Below are positions 12,685 through 24,000 of a stretch of DNA of 52,240 bases, in pieces (within the stretch, counting starts at the first letter, position 1; each line of letters begins with the position of its first letter). Under the pieces are notes generated by a model. That model searched no databases. It was not told where the DNA came from and was given only the letters and a program-made list of their open reading frames with translations. The stretch spans positions 7,090,939-7,143,178 of the forward strand of contig NC_069009.1 of NCBI RefSeq assembly GCF_001194135.2, in the 5' to 3' direction. The stretch is from Octopus bimaculoides (lineage: Eukaryota). The translations under genes and the position numbers were made by a program.

Positions 12685-13862
12685 NNNNNNNNNNNNNNNN
12701 NNNNNNNNNNNNNNNNNNNNNNNNNNNNNNNNNNNNNNNNNNNNNNNNNNNNNNNNNNNNNNNNNNNNNNNNNNNNNNNNNNNNNNNNNNNNNNNNNNNN
12801 NNNNNNNNNNNNNNNNNNNNNNNNNNNNNNNNNNNNNNNNNNNNNNNNNNNNNNNNNNNNNNNNNNNNNNNNNNNNNNNNNNNNNNNNNNNNNNNNNNNN
12901 NNNNNNNNNNNNNNNNNNNNNNNNNNNNNNNNNNNNNNNNNNNNNNNNNNNNNNNNNNNNNNNNNNNNNNNNNNNNNNNNNNNNNNNNNNNNNNNNNNNN
13001 NNNNNNNNNNNNNNNNNNNNNNNNNNNNNNNNNNNNNNNNNNNNNNNNNNNNNNNNNNNNNNNNNNNNNNNNNNNNNNNNNNNNNNNNNNNNNNNNNNNN
13101 NNNNNNNNNNNNNNNNNNNNNNNNNNNNNNNNNNNNNNNNNNNNNNNNNNNNNNNNNNNNNNNNNNNNNNNNNNNNNNNNNNNNNNNNNNNNNNNNNNNN
13201 NNNNNNNNNNNNNNNNNNNNNNNNNNNNNNNNNNNNNNNNNNNNNNNNNNNNNNNNNNNNNNNNNNNNNNNNNNNNNNNNNNNNNNNNNNNNNNNNNNNN
13301 NNNNNNNNNNNNNNNNNNNNNNNNNNNNNNNNNNNNNNNNNNNNNNNNNNNNNNNNNNNNNNNNNNNNNNNNNNNNNNNNNNNNNNNNNNNNNNNNNNNN
13401 NNNNNNNNNNNNNNNNNNNNNNNNNNNNNNNNNNNNNNNNNNNNNNNNNNNNNNNNNNNNNNNNNNNNNNNNNNNNNNNNNNNNNNNNNNNNNNNNNNNN
13501 NNNNNTATATATATATATATATATATATATATGCGTGTGTGTGTTGATGAATACAAATTGTTATAATTTCTTATAAATTATATTACAAAACACACACATA
13601 CACAGAAATTCTATCTATCTATCTATCTATCGATATTTCTATCTATCTATTTATCAATCTATCTATTTATCTATTTGTCTATCTATTTATCAATCTATCT
13701 ATTTATCAATCTATCTATCTATCTATCTATAGTATGCTGTGTCGATTTTTGTTATGTATAATAATGTTAGTTGTAATAATAATAATAATAATAATAATAA
13801 CCATCATTTCTGTTGTTCTTTCTTCTCTGCCAGGTGTACAAACTTTAGGATTTTTTAAAATT

Positions 13863-13947
13863 ATGGCATTTCAAAACCAGAAAATGGAACTATTACACGG
13901 GAATATTATTTTTTACCTTCTTATTTTGTGGATTTTTATACATTCAG
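13863..13947 (+). CDS. Probable first coding exon (exon 13834-13947) of an unidentified secreted or membrane protein; signal-peptide-like MAFQNQKMELLHGNIIFYLLILWIFIHS(G); partial CDS
   Basis: Polypyrimidine acceptor TTTCTTCTCTGCCAG|G at 13833/13834 and consensus donor CAG|GTAAGT at 13947/13948. The frame is open across the exon with ATGs at 13863 and 13884. A 12-residue hydrophobic core (IIFYLLILWIFI) is followed by small residues and a phase-1 intron. No family-level homology recognised. Confidence 0.6.
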
Positions 13948-14041
13948 GTAAGTGCAACATACATCCATATAATCTTTCTTTGCGTATATATACTTTTTAA
14001 ATATATTAGCTATATGTTTCTATGGTGTATATATATATATA

Positions 14042-14237
14042 TACGGGGGAGTACTGAAAAGTTCCTGGCTTTGAGTAAAAGAAAATACAGGAGGATCAGT
14101 TAATTATGATTTTATTCAATATATTCATTCCCCTCTCAGATTCACTCAAGCCCTGTGAAAGAACAGGGAAGGTTGGGCCTCCAACCAGGCCCTTCGTGAT
14201 ACCCTTAAGCCCAGGAACTTTTCAGCACTCCCTCGTA
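14042..14237. mobile_element. Mariner-derived MITE, about 195 bp
   Basis: Terminal inverted repeats TACGGGGGAGTACTGAAAAGTTCCTGG and CCAGGAACTTTTCAGCACTCCCTCGTA, with TA at both ends. No coding capacity. Confidence 0.85.
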
Positions 14238-14581
14238 GATATTCGTTTTTTGTGGTAATCTTTTTGTATATCATTTTGAGATATGTATATATGTGTAGAT
14301 ATCTTAAATATGCGTGTGCGTTGGAAATTTTAAATGTTTGACTAAAAAAAAGTTATCGTAACTTGCGCGAAGACCCTGTTCCGCTACAGGTAAAACTCCA
14401 GACAAGCATAAGACTGACATGACCAAAATTATGTTATCGATCCCTAATCTGTTATTGAGAACTCTTTCTTCCAACAGCCAACCCTAAACGATATGTATAC
14501 TATGTTACTAAAGCAGAAAAAAACTTCACAAACTGGTTACTCAGACAGTTTTAATAGCAAAGAATTTTTTTACAAATCCTG

Positions 14582-14617
<36 letters not shown>

Positions 14618-15316
14618 TCATCATCATCATCGTTTAACGTCCGCCTTCCATGCTAGCATGGGTTGGACATATATATATATATATGATTTGACTAGAAAAT
14701 ATAGACACTCATTATGTACATATATATATATATGTTTATATATGCATACACACACTCTGTGTCCGTACACGCACATACTTGGCAGAAAAAAAAAATTGTG
14801 ACTCCTATGGGATTAGAACCACACTTCCATCTCTTACCGGTTAATCTTACTACCGGTTACTCGAAAGTAAGGTGCATGTAGGACGTGATTTGAGGAATAT
14901 TTGGTTACTATTTCTAGGATATCTGGCAACCACGTCGTGATATTCCTCATTGATTGATATGGTACTAGTCATACGCTGTGGCCATGGTTGGGTCGTGTTA
15001 GGAAGGCGGCGGATAAGTTTAAAAGCCATAACTGTGATACAAGAACGCTGTCACAGGAATTACCAATTATTGACCGGGTATGTGCGATCGTACCCGTACC
15101 CGATGCGTGATAGTAGCAGATGAATCAGTCTGCGAAAGAGGATAGCTTAATCGATATCGTACCGGATAAATTGATTTGAAGTATATTTAGTTCACACCTA
15201 GCTTTGCGTTCTGAGTTCAAATGCGGCTGAAGACGGACTTTTCATATCGGCCTTTGGAATCCATGAAATGCTACTATACCAGTGAAATATTGGCGTATGC
15301 GTGTGTATGTATGTAC

Positions 15317-15387
<71 letters not shown>

Positions 15388-15454
15388 TACATATATGTTG
15401 CTGAAAACAGGAAAAATAGAACTCAAATATATGTATATTTTCATTAATATTTAG

Positions 15455-15566
15455 TAGAAGTAAGAGTGACTCAAGGTCCCAGAGTTTCGTGTGTTGGCAC
15501 TTATCAAACTTTTTGATAGTGTCAACGTACGAAACTCTTGGACCTTGAGTCACTCAGTTACTTCTA
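15455..15566. repeat. Near-perfect 112-bp inverted repeat (hairpin)
   Basis: Left arm TAGAAGTAAGAGTGACTCAAGGTCCCAGAGTTTCGTGTGTTGGCACTTATCAAA; reverse complement of right arm TAGAAGTAACTGAGTGACTCAAGGTCCAAGAGTTTCGTACGTTGACACTATCAAA; 3-nt loop. Confidence 0.92.
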
Positions 15567-16768
15567 ATATATAGGCCCAAGCATGGCCGTGTGTTAAGCT
15601 TTGTGAGTGGATTTGGCAGGCGGAAACTGAAAGGAGCCCATTGGAGATATATTTGTGTGTCTTTGTGTCCACCACTACCATCAACGGGTGTTGATGTATT
15701 TACGTGTCTGTCACTCAGCGTTTGGACAAAATAGACGCCGATCGAATAAGCACCAGGCTTTTAAAAGAATAAGTACTGGGATCGATTTGTTCGACCAAAA
15801 TTCTTCAAGATGGTGCCCCAGCATGGCCACAGGCTAATGTCGGAAACAAGTAAAATTAAAACATTATATATATATATAAAATTGTGGACTTCGATTAGCA
15901 GACGACAGCCTAAGTCTCTGCAATTCCTTGTTGAACAACCAGCACAGATGACATTTTTTTTTTTATAGTGATCGAATTTTTATGCTGTACATTAACTCAC
16001 TCCCTTCAGCAAATCGATATTGCTTGCACAGGTGCACAAGTGTGCCACACGTCAGATGTCGAAGTGATTGCAGAGGGAAATGAAACTAAGAGCCTTGCTC
16101 AAGAACACCGACCGACCCGGGGAGTGGTAACTGCAGTTTTGCGTACCACTGAGGCCACGTACCTTCAGCGTGCGCGCACGCACGCACACGTGACCCGGCG
16201 GCGGCACATCGAGGGTGTGCCAGCTGGAGGGATAAAGAGGGCTGCGTCAGCACTAAGATGAGTAAAAACTGAAGTGACATTAAATGAAGTGCTTTGCTTA
16301 AGGCCACAATGTGCCGCTCGGTCTTGGAATCGAACACACGATCTTAGAATCGCCGGAATGGAAGCCTAACCTCTATCTTCACACACTCACACACACACAC
16401 ACACACACCTTCATACACACGCACACATTTACTCACACATTTCTTCATACACACACACACAAACGTGCATTCACACACGCACACATTTACTCATACACAC
16501 ACACACAAACGTGCATTCAAATATGCACACATTCACTCACACGCACGCTCACGTAAATTCGCACTTTCACACATGCGTACACACGTCCATACTCACATAC
16601 ACACACACCCTTGCGCACACATGCATTGGCGTGCGCACACACACACGCACGCGCNNNNNNNNNNNNNNNNNNNNNNNNNNNNNNNNNTCTTATAATTTAT
16701 CAATGTTTGTATTTTATTTATTGTATAATATTCATCAATACTTTGTTCATTTCTCCCCCCTTTTGTTC

Positions 16769-16817
<49 letters not shown>

Positions 16818-17149
16818 AATTTCTTGTATCTGATATTTTATTCTTGTATTTTCGTCTTCAAAGCTGCCCTTAACGTTTTGGGCCCTAGTGGCGAATAAAA
16901 ATGACCCCACAAAGCTAACCCTTATAAACTTGTCATAGATCCTCGTTTCTGTCTTTACCTCTGGACCGGCCCTTGTAATCAATACAAAAATAATAATAAT
17001 AATAATAATAATAATGATAATAAACGTGGGCTCCTCTGAACCTTTTAATAATCAGTGAATTTTCACCACTCTTGTAAGGTTAGCGAACCCTTGAGGCGAT
17101 TTCATCTCTCTTAGCTCTGAAGTGTATATTGTGTATGTTACAATACATT

Positions 17150-17500
17150 TATAAAGGGACATTTTCCTGGGCGAAAACCCGCAGCCTATAGCTTTTCAGC
17201 CACACGCAGACCCTAATATGTTGCATTCGTAAAGTTTTTACACTTAAACGTATTTCTTTATTCACTGTATACGCCGTTCTTTTGAACACAAACCTTTCAG
17301 GGGTTTTCCTTTGTGTCCCGTCCCTAATTCTAATTTCAACGGAGCTTTGGAATAATCGTCCTTCGAGGTCCCATACTTCATGGGAATGAAGAAGCAATTG
17401 AAGAACAGTGGTGCAAGATTTAAATCTAAACGCTTTACCTGTCCACACCCTTTCATAGACTTGTATTGTAGTTCGACCTTTGCGTACATTCTGCTTCATA
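17150..17500 (-). mobile_element. Highly degraded non-LTR retrotransposon fragment, post-RT region (R4/Dong- or RTE-like)
   Basis: Overlapping - strand frames give ERVWTGK..., FNCFFIP..YG and VEIRIRD, loosely matching the KIW....N.FAIP / LLYG.E.W region of non-LTR ORF2. Weak similarity. Confidence 0.35.
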
Positions 17501-17619
17501 ATAAGCTTTCTTTTCGTAATTCTTACGTTACTCTTATTCTGGTCGTTAAAAAATAGTTGGAAAATGTGTGTGAGACATGCATGGATACGAGGAAATATGT
17601 CTTGTGTATCATTCTTTAA

Positions 17620-17810
17620 ATATTAAGGTCTTGCAGATTTTTATAGTCCCAGATTTCGTGATTATTTGTAGTGAATGAATTTTGCGTTCTCTCCCCAAGG
17701 ATCCAAGGGGTTTAGCCATACTTTGCTCCAGACGGTTCCATATGTATCCTGTTGTTCCAATAATAATATTAAGTATGACACTCAAACGTATCTTCGGGAT
17801 GGGTTAATTA
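17620..17810 (-). mobile_element. Relic of the C-terminal restriction-like endonuclease region of an R4/Dong-type non-LTR retrotransposon
   Basis: The - strand reads IIIGTTGYIWNRLEQSMAKPLGSLGRERKIHSLQIITKSGTIKICKTL, resembling the remembered R4-clade C-terminus (PIIIGALGY...LG....RKLI..LQI....GTVKICKTF). Recognised by eye only. Confidence 0.55.
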
Positions 17811-17894
17811 GCAAACTCCTTATCAATGGTTCGTACATGTTTTTATATACATGTATATGTGTCTGTGCGCGCACACACGCACATATTTCTATAG

Positions 17895-17929
<35 letters not shown>

Positions 17930-20138
17930 TGCACACGTATAGTGGATGCACACATGATGAAATGGTGGAAAGGTTCGTTTTCGCAACAAATATGTCTCGG
18001 CTTCGATTCTACTGCGTGAGTCTTTCACAACAGCCTTTTAAGCGACCGAAATGAAGCGAGTGAATTTGTCCGACCCGTGGCAATAAAAAAATCACATTGG
18101 TCCGAGATGCTACTCAGTGGGATCGAAAGTGGGACCGCGTAGTTGCGAAGCATTTATGTATATAACAAATATAAACGCAGTATGGCCAAATGATTCATAT
18201 GTTCGTCTCATTGCCACGGATTCTGGGTTCGCTCCCAATCAACGCACGCATGGCATCTTCAGCGATTATTATTTACTATTGACACGGTTGACGGAAACTG
18301 CATAGAAGCTTGTGTGTAATATAAAGATATATATGTATTTATGTGTGTGTGTGTGTGTGTGTGTTTGTAAAGTGTGTGCGTATTCATATATATATATAAT
18401 ATATGGTAAATAAACATACACACACACGACGTGCTTCTTTCAGTTTCCGTCTACCAAATCTATAAGGTGCCACGAAGTGGGATTGAACCTAGAACCGTGT
18501 GGTTAGGAAGCAAACTTCTTACCACACACTCTTCCTGTTTATATTTTAGAAACAGCTGATTCACTTCGTCGCAAAGTTTTTCTCCTTTGTCCTCTTATAA
18601 TAACGAAAATTGCTAAGACACATTCAGCGTAACAAGGTCGTACCCTTTTTCATTACGGGTACCATTCACCCGACTGGCTTCTGTACAGTTTCCATCTACA
18701 TGATTTCAGTCACTAAGTATGGGTCCACTTGAGGTTATAGGAAATGACATTTGCGCAAGATGCCACGCAGGGATATTGAAACCGCGACCTCTTGGTTGCC
18801 AATGAGTTTCTTAAACGCTTAGCCAAATCACGCACTCACACACGCATAGTAGGTATATAATACATATATACGTACACATACACCCACACGCACGTTTACA
18901 CATACACACAAACAAAATCTACAGAGCATATTATCTTGCGTATTATTATACATTTAATAAATCCATGTACACATGTGGCTCACACATGTAGCCCTGTGAG
19001 TTCAGAAGGTCGCTTCTTCATTACAGAGGGTCTGGTTTCGATTTCATGTTGCAGCTTCTTCAGCAAGTTCCTCTTGCCAATGTTTTCTGAGTGATATTTG
19101 GTAGACGGGAACTGTTTGGAAGCCCGCTATGTACGCATGTGCGTACGAGGTAGGCGCAAGCATGGCTTACACGCACATGCAACCACATAGTTCTGAGTTC
19201 AATCTTGCTGCACGGAACGCTGGGCTTAACGATCGATGCCTCGCGAGTGAATTTGGTAGATGGATCTGCATGAAAACCCGCCGTGTGTGTGTATAAATAT
19301 AATGTGTAATTGGTCTTTTAGCTTAATGGTACAGAGCACTCAGCCAGAATTTGATAGGCGCAGGGTTCGATTCCCTGTGAGGCTTGCTGGTCACTTATTC
19401 TGGCACTGGGTGCTCAAACATGGCCACAGCCTTTGGGCTGAAATATAAAAAAATAAAATGTGTGCGTGTGTTTGTGCCCCTCTCCCACCACCACTGCATG
19501 ACAACCAGTGTTGCTTTGTTTACATCCCAGTGACATAACGGTTCAGCAAAGGAGACTTAGAATAAGAAAAATAAGTCCGGGGATCGATTTGTTTTACTAA
19601 AGACCCTTCAAGGTGGTGCCCCTGCATGGCCGCAGATACAAGTAAAAGATAAGTCACACACACACAGATGCTTAATATTCTGAGTAGATAATAATTTTAA
19701 TGAGAGATCCCGGCCGGCAAGATAATTACTGAAAAACCCAGTACGCTGAACCAATACATTTTGTGATGTTTGTTCTGCCCGAGTTGCTCAGACATTCCCC
19801 GTCTGTAATGCAGTGTGAACCATCGATCGCTCCCGTTCTCGATCGGAACTAGTAACCAACGAAGTTTCCGGTCACCCTATTAGCTAAACACATCAGGCAT
19901 AAATGTAATGTGTAAACACACCCTTACGGCCTTCACTGGCCCCTTTTATAGTGAACTTGTTGAGGAAGAGATTTCACTGTTCTACTGAGCGACCTCTAGT
20001 GACCCCCACAGAAACTCCCTTGTGGTCCCCTATTTAAAAAGAGAAAACAGTAAGGAGTTGAGGCATGAATATTAGGGATATTAGGGATGGATATTAAGTA
20101 GCTCCTTCACTAGGTTCATGATATCCCTATTTTAAAGT

Positions 20139-20650
20139 GGAGGCGCTTAGCCTAGTGTTTAGGGTAGTTGGATTCATGATCATAAGACTGTGGTTTCGAT
20201 TCCAAGCGATACGTTGTGTTCCTGAGCAAAACCCTTCCTTTCATGTTACTCCTATCCACTCAGCTGGTAGAAATGAGTTATCCTGTGACGGACCGGCATC
20301 ACGTCCCTGAAGGAATACATACACCCGAGAAACCAGGAAACCGGCCCCTATGCTCCTTACAGAGTAAATGTGGACTAACCAGTGGACTCAAGTTGCATGG
20401 CTTAGTGGTCAGGGTGTTGGACTCCTGATCGTAAGATTATAGTTTCGATTCCTGGACCGGGTGATGCGTTGTGTTCTTGAGCAAAACACTTCATTTCACA
20501 CTGTTCCAGTCCACCCAGCTCGTAAAAACGAGTGACCCTGCGAATGATCGGCGTCCCGTCAACGGTAAGTTTGTGAATAAATTATGCCGTGGAAACCGGG
20601 AAACTGGCCCTAAGAGTCCATATGAGTCTATATGAGTCTGTATGAGTCGG
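20139..20650 (+). mobile_element. Two tandem copies of tRNA-derived SINE family C
   Basis: Heads GGAGGCGCTTAGCCTAGTG...GGTTTCGATTCC and GCATGGCTTAGTGGTCAGGGTG...GTTTCGATTCC (A- and B-box-like), followed by TTGAGCAAAACACTTCATTTCAC. Confidence 0.75.
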
Positions 20651-21303
20651 GAAGAGTCTTTGTCTCTTTTAAGACCAGTTGGAAGTTTGTTGAGGAGAGA
20701 TTTGTTTATTATATAAAATAAGGTTAAGTGACTACATAGAAGATCCCTCACTAGTTCATGTGGTCCCTACTTTAAAGGGCAATAAGTAGGGGTCTTTGTG
20801 TAAAGGAAATTTGAGTGTTACATTGATTGTGTGATTCCCTCGTCTTTTTTTAAAGGCATCGGGGAATTTTAAGCTCGCTCCCTCGCTAAAATAACCCCTA
20901 TTTCAAAGACAGTAAGGAATGCTGAGGCGACACATACACACACATACATAGATACATACATACACACATGCACACACAATCCACTCACACATCTACACAC
21001 ACAAATATACATATATACATACACAAACATACATACGCACGCGCTTCTGAATTCCAAAGGAGACGGATAAATAGTGTGTATATGTGTGTATATACCCCAA
21101 CGTGTGTGAGTGAGTGTATATAGATATTATATATAGACGGGTGTTCGGCTTTAATTACAATAACTTTTAAGAACATTCTCGTGTCAAAAAAATATCAAAA
21201 CATTGGCTGGAATTGAAACCACATCCGCAGTGTTTGGTCGTCGTGAAATGAAAAAGCTGTCTTGTTTTGACATCTGGATGACTTTCTCAAATACAAAATA
21301 TGT

Positions 21304-21340
<37 letters not shown>

Positions 21341-21847
21341 TGTGCATTTGTATGTGTGTGTTGTATTGTGTGTATGCGAGAGNNNNNNNNNNNNNNNNNN
21401 NNNNNNNNNNNNNNNNNNNNNNNNNNNNNNNNNNNNNNNNNNNNNNNNNNNNNNNNNNNNNNNNNNNNNNNNNNNNNNNNNNNNNNNNNNNNNNNNNNNN
21501 NNNNNNNNNNNNNNNNNNNNNNNNNNNNNNNNNNNNNNNNNNGGGAGAACAGCGTATATTTGAGAGAGAGGGGGAGATAAGTGTGTGCGTGTGGTGAAGT
21601 TAAGTAATGTGTGAGTATATGTGATGTAAAATGTGTGTGTGTGTGAGAGACAGACAGATAGACAGACGGACTTGTATATATGTCTGTGTGCAAGAGAGAG
21701 AGAGGGGGGGGGGATCTGCGCGAGACGTGTGTGTTTGTGATAGTTTAAAATGCGGCTGTATGTGTAACCGTAGATATTTATAACACGCGTATGTCTGTGT
21801 GTTTGTTTAATAGGGCGTGCGAGAATAGTGTGTGTCTGTAATAGGTA

Positions 21848-22205
21848 CCAGGGACGGTCTTCCATTTTTGGAGCACCTGTGCCACTCAAGGCATTGCGTA
21901 CGACCCATTGCCTTGTCACCATAAGCTTGCCAAAACATACTCAATATCTCCGTAGCAGACTTCCCAAGTTTAACGTAGAATTTCACGTTGGTTCTTTGCT
22001 CCTGTCCATAACAAAATCGCAGACTACAACATACACGTGATCACAAAAACACAAATTTCACAACTTGCAAAATAAACACACTGATGTTACTCGACACACT
22101 GCCTCATGAAGGACACTCCTAGCTCTCACTGCGCACGCAAGCGTGTGCTGCCATCTGTTGGCGCGCTGCAGAGCTAGTCCGGGAACTTTTTGATACCATT
22201 TCGTA
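21848..22205 (-). mobile_element. 5' part of a mariner element: left TIR, 5' leader and degenerate N-terminal HTH of the transposase; 3'-truncated
   Basis: The - strand starts TACGAAATGGTATCAAAAAGTTCCCGGACT (mariner-type TIR). After the ATG at 22009 and a frameshift it reads EQRTNVKFYVKLGKSATEILSMFWQAYGDKAMGRTQCLEWHRCSKNGRPSL, matching the mariner N-terminal pattern EQR..IKFCVKLGKSATET..ML..AYG..AMSR.Q.FEW..RFK.GR. Confidence 0.88.
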
Positions 22206-22280
22206 CGTGTAATACTATGTCTTGTGTCTGTCAGCGTAGCGTCAAGTATTTTGTGTCTGTATATAGGCGGCGGCACTTTC

Positions 22281-22620
22281 AACCTTTCGGGGTCGATAAA
22301 TTAAGTACCAGCTAATCACTGGGGTCGATGTAATCGACTTAATCCCTTTGTCTGTCCTTGTTGTTTCCCCTCTATGTTTAGCCCCTTGTGAGCAATAAAG
22401 AAATAAGAAACCTTAGCGCGCCGGGCGAAATGCTTAGCGGTATTTCGTCTGTCTTTATGTTCTGAGTTCGAATTCCGCCGAGGTCGACTTTGCCATTCAT
22501 CCTTTTGGAGTCGATTAAATAAGTACCAGTTACGTACTGGGGTCGATGTAATCGACTTAATCCCCTTGTCTGTCCTTGTTTGTCCCCTCTGTGTGTAGCC
22601 CCCTGTGGGCAATAAAGAAA
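22281..22620 (+). mobile_element. SINE family B: a 5'-truncated copy followed directly by a longer copy (tandem)
   Basis: The segment GGGGTCGATGTAATCGACTTAATCCC...TTGTCTGTCCTTG...GCAATAAAGAAATA occurs twice (about 22320-22405 and 22539-22622). Confidence 0.8.
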
Positions 22621-22651
22621 TATATGTCTGTATATTGTAGAGGGTTGTATA

Positions 22652-22973
22652 GGTGCAGGCGCGTGGTAAGAAGCTTGCTTGCCGGACAACATGGTCCTTG
22701 GGTTCAGTCCCACTGCATGGCACCTTGCGCAAGTGTCTTCTACTATAGCCTTGGACTGAGCAAAGCCTTGTGAGCGGATTTGCTAGACGGAAACTGAAAA
22801 GAAGCCTGTCGTGTATTTGTGTCTGTGTTTGTCCCCACCACCACCACCACTTGACAACTAGTGTTGGTAACCTTACGGTTCAGCAAAAAAGGAATTGCTG
22901 CAATAAGTAGTAAGCTTTAAAAATAATAGGTGCCCCAGCATGGCCACACTGCAACAACTAGAAGATAAAAGAT
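22652..22973 (+). mobile_element. SINE family A copy
   Basis: Head GTGGTAAGAAGCTTGC...GGGTTCAGTCCCACTGC through to an A-rich tail. Confidence 0.75.
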
Positions 22974-23120
22974 TATATATATATNNNNNNNNNNNNNNNN
23001 NNNNNNNNNNNNNNNNNNNNNNNNNNNNNNNNNNNNNNNNNNNNNNNNNNNNNNNNNNNNNNNNNNNNNNNATGACAAAAAACTGTTACTCTGAGTTTCA
23101 CATTCCCGTTCATCGGACAA

Positions 23121-23503
23121 GACGCAGGAGTGGCTGTGTGGTAAGTAACTTGCTTACCAACCACATGTTTCCGGGTTCATTCCCACTGCGTGGCACCTTG
23201 GGCAGCTGCCTTCTGCTATAGCCTCGGGCTGACCAAAGCCTTGTGAGTGGATTTGGTAGACGGAAACTGAAAGAAGCCCGTCGTATATATGTGTGTGTCT
23301 GTGTTTGTCCCCCCCTCCCCCCAACATCATTTGACAACCGATGCTGGTGTGTTTACGTCCCCGTAACTTAGCGGTTCGGCAAAAGGGGTCGATAGAATAA
23401 GTACTAGGCTTCCAAAGAATAAGTCCTGGGTTGATTTGTTCGACTAAAGACGGTGCTCCAGCATGGCTGCAGTCAAATGACTGAAACAAGTAAAAGAGTA
23501 AAG
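23121..23503 (+). mobile_element. tRNA-derived SINE family A, near full-length (octopus OR-type-like)
   Basis: tRNA-like head TGGCTGTGTGGTAAGTAAC...GGGTTCATTCCC, then GGCACCTTGGGCA, an internal (TG)n, and a ...GAAACAAGTAAAAGAGTAAA tail. Many homologous copies occur in the window. Confidence 0.85.
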
Positions 23504-23903
23504 ATTATATAGAGATAGATAGAGAGAGAGAGAAAGAGCATTCGTGATGTGTATGTTTCTGTGTTACGGCCTCTTTTGTGTATATATCACTGACTTTAGT
23601 GTGTTATTAGCTATAGTATATGCGTGTGTTACGGCCTGTTGTGTGTGTGTGTGTGTGTTTTCGTCACTGTGTGTGAAGGAGAGAGAGAGAGAGGGGGGGG
23701 GCGGCTAGAATGGGTTAGGCAGGGAGTGAGCAATGTAGCAACACTTGTAACATTTGTGTATCATATATAGAAATATCGATTTCTCGGAATCGATTTCGCA
23801 TTATCTTTTGAATGATAGGGGGGTGGGGATGTCGGCAGGACTGAGAGAGAGAGAGACAGACAGATACACAGACAGAAAGAGATTAATAGATAGATAGACA
23901 GAC

Positions 23904-23939
<36 letters not shown>

Positions 23940-23955
23940 GGACAGACAGACAGAC

Positions 23956-24000
<45 letters not shown>

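Noticed and set aside
15002-15077. Possible 76-nt + strand exon ending at CGG|GTATGT
   Set aside because: The acceptor is weak and resembles a repeat fragment (GTTAGGAAGG); the peptide is not recognisable.
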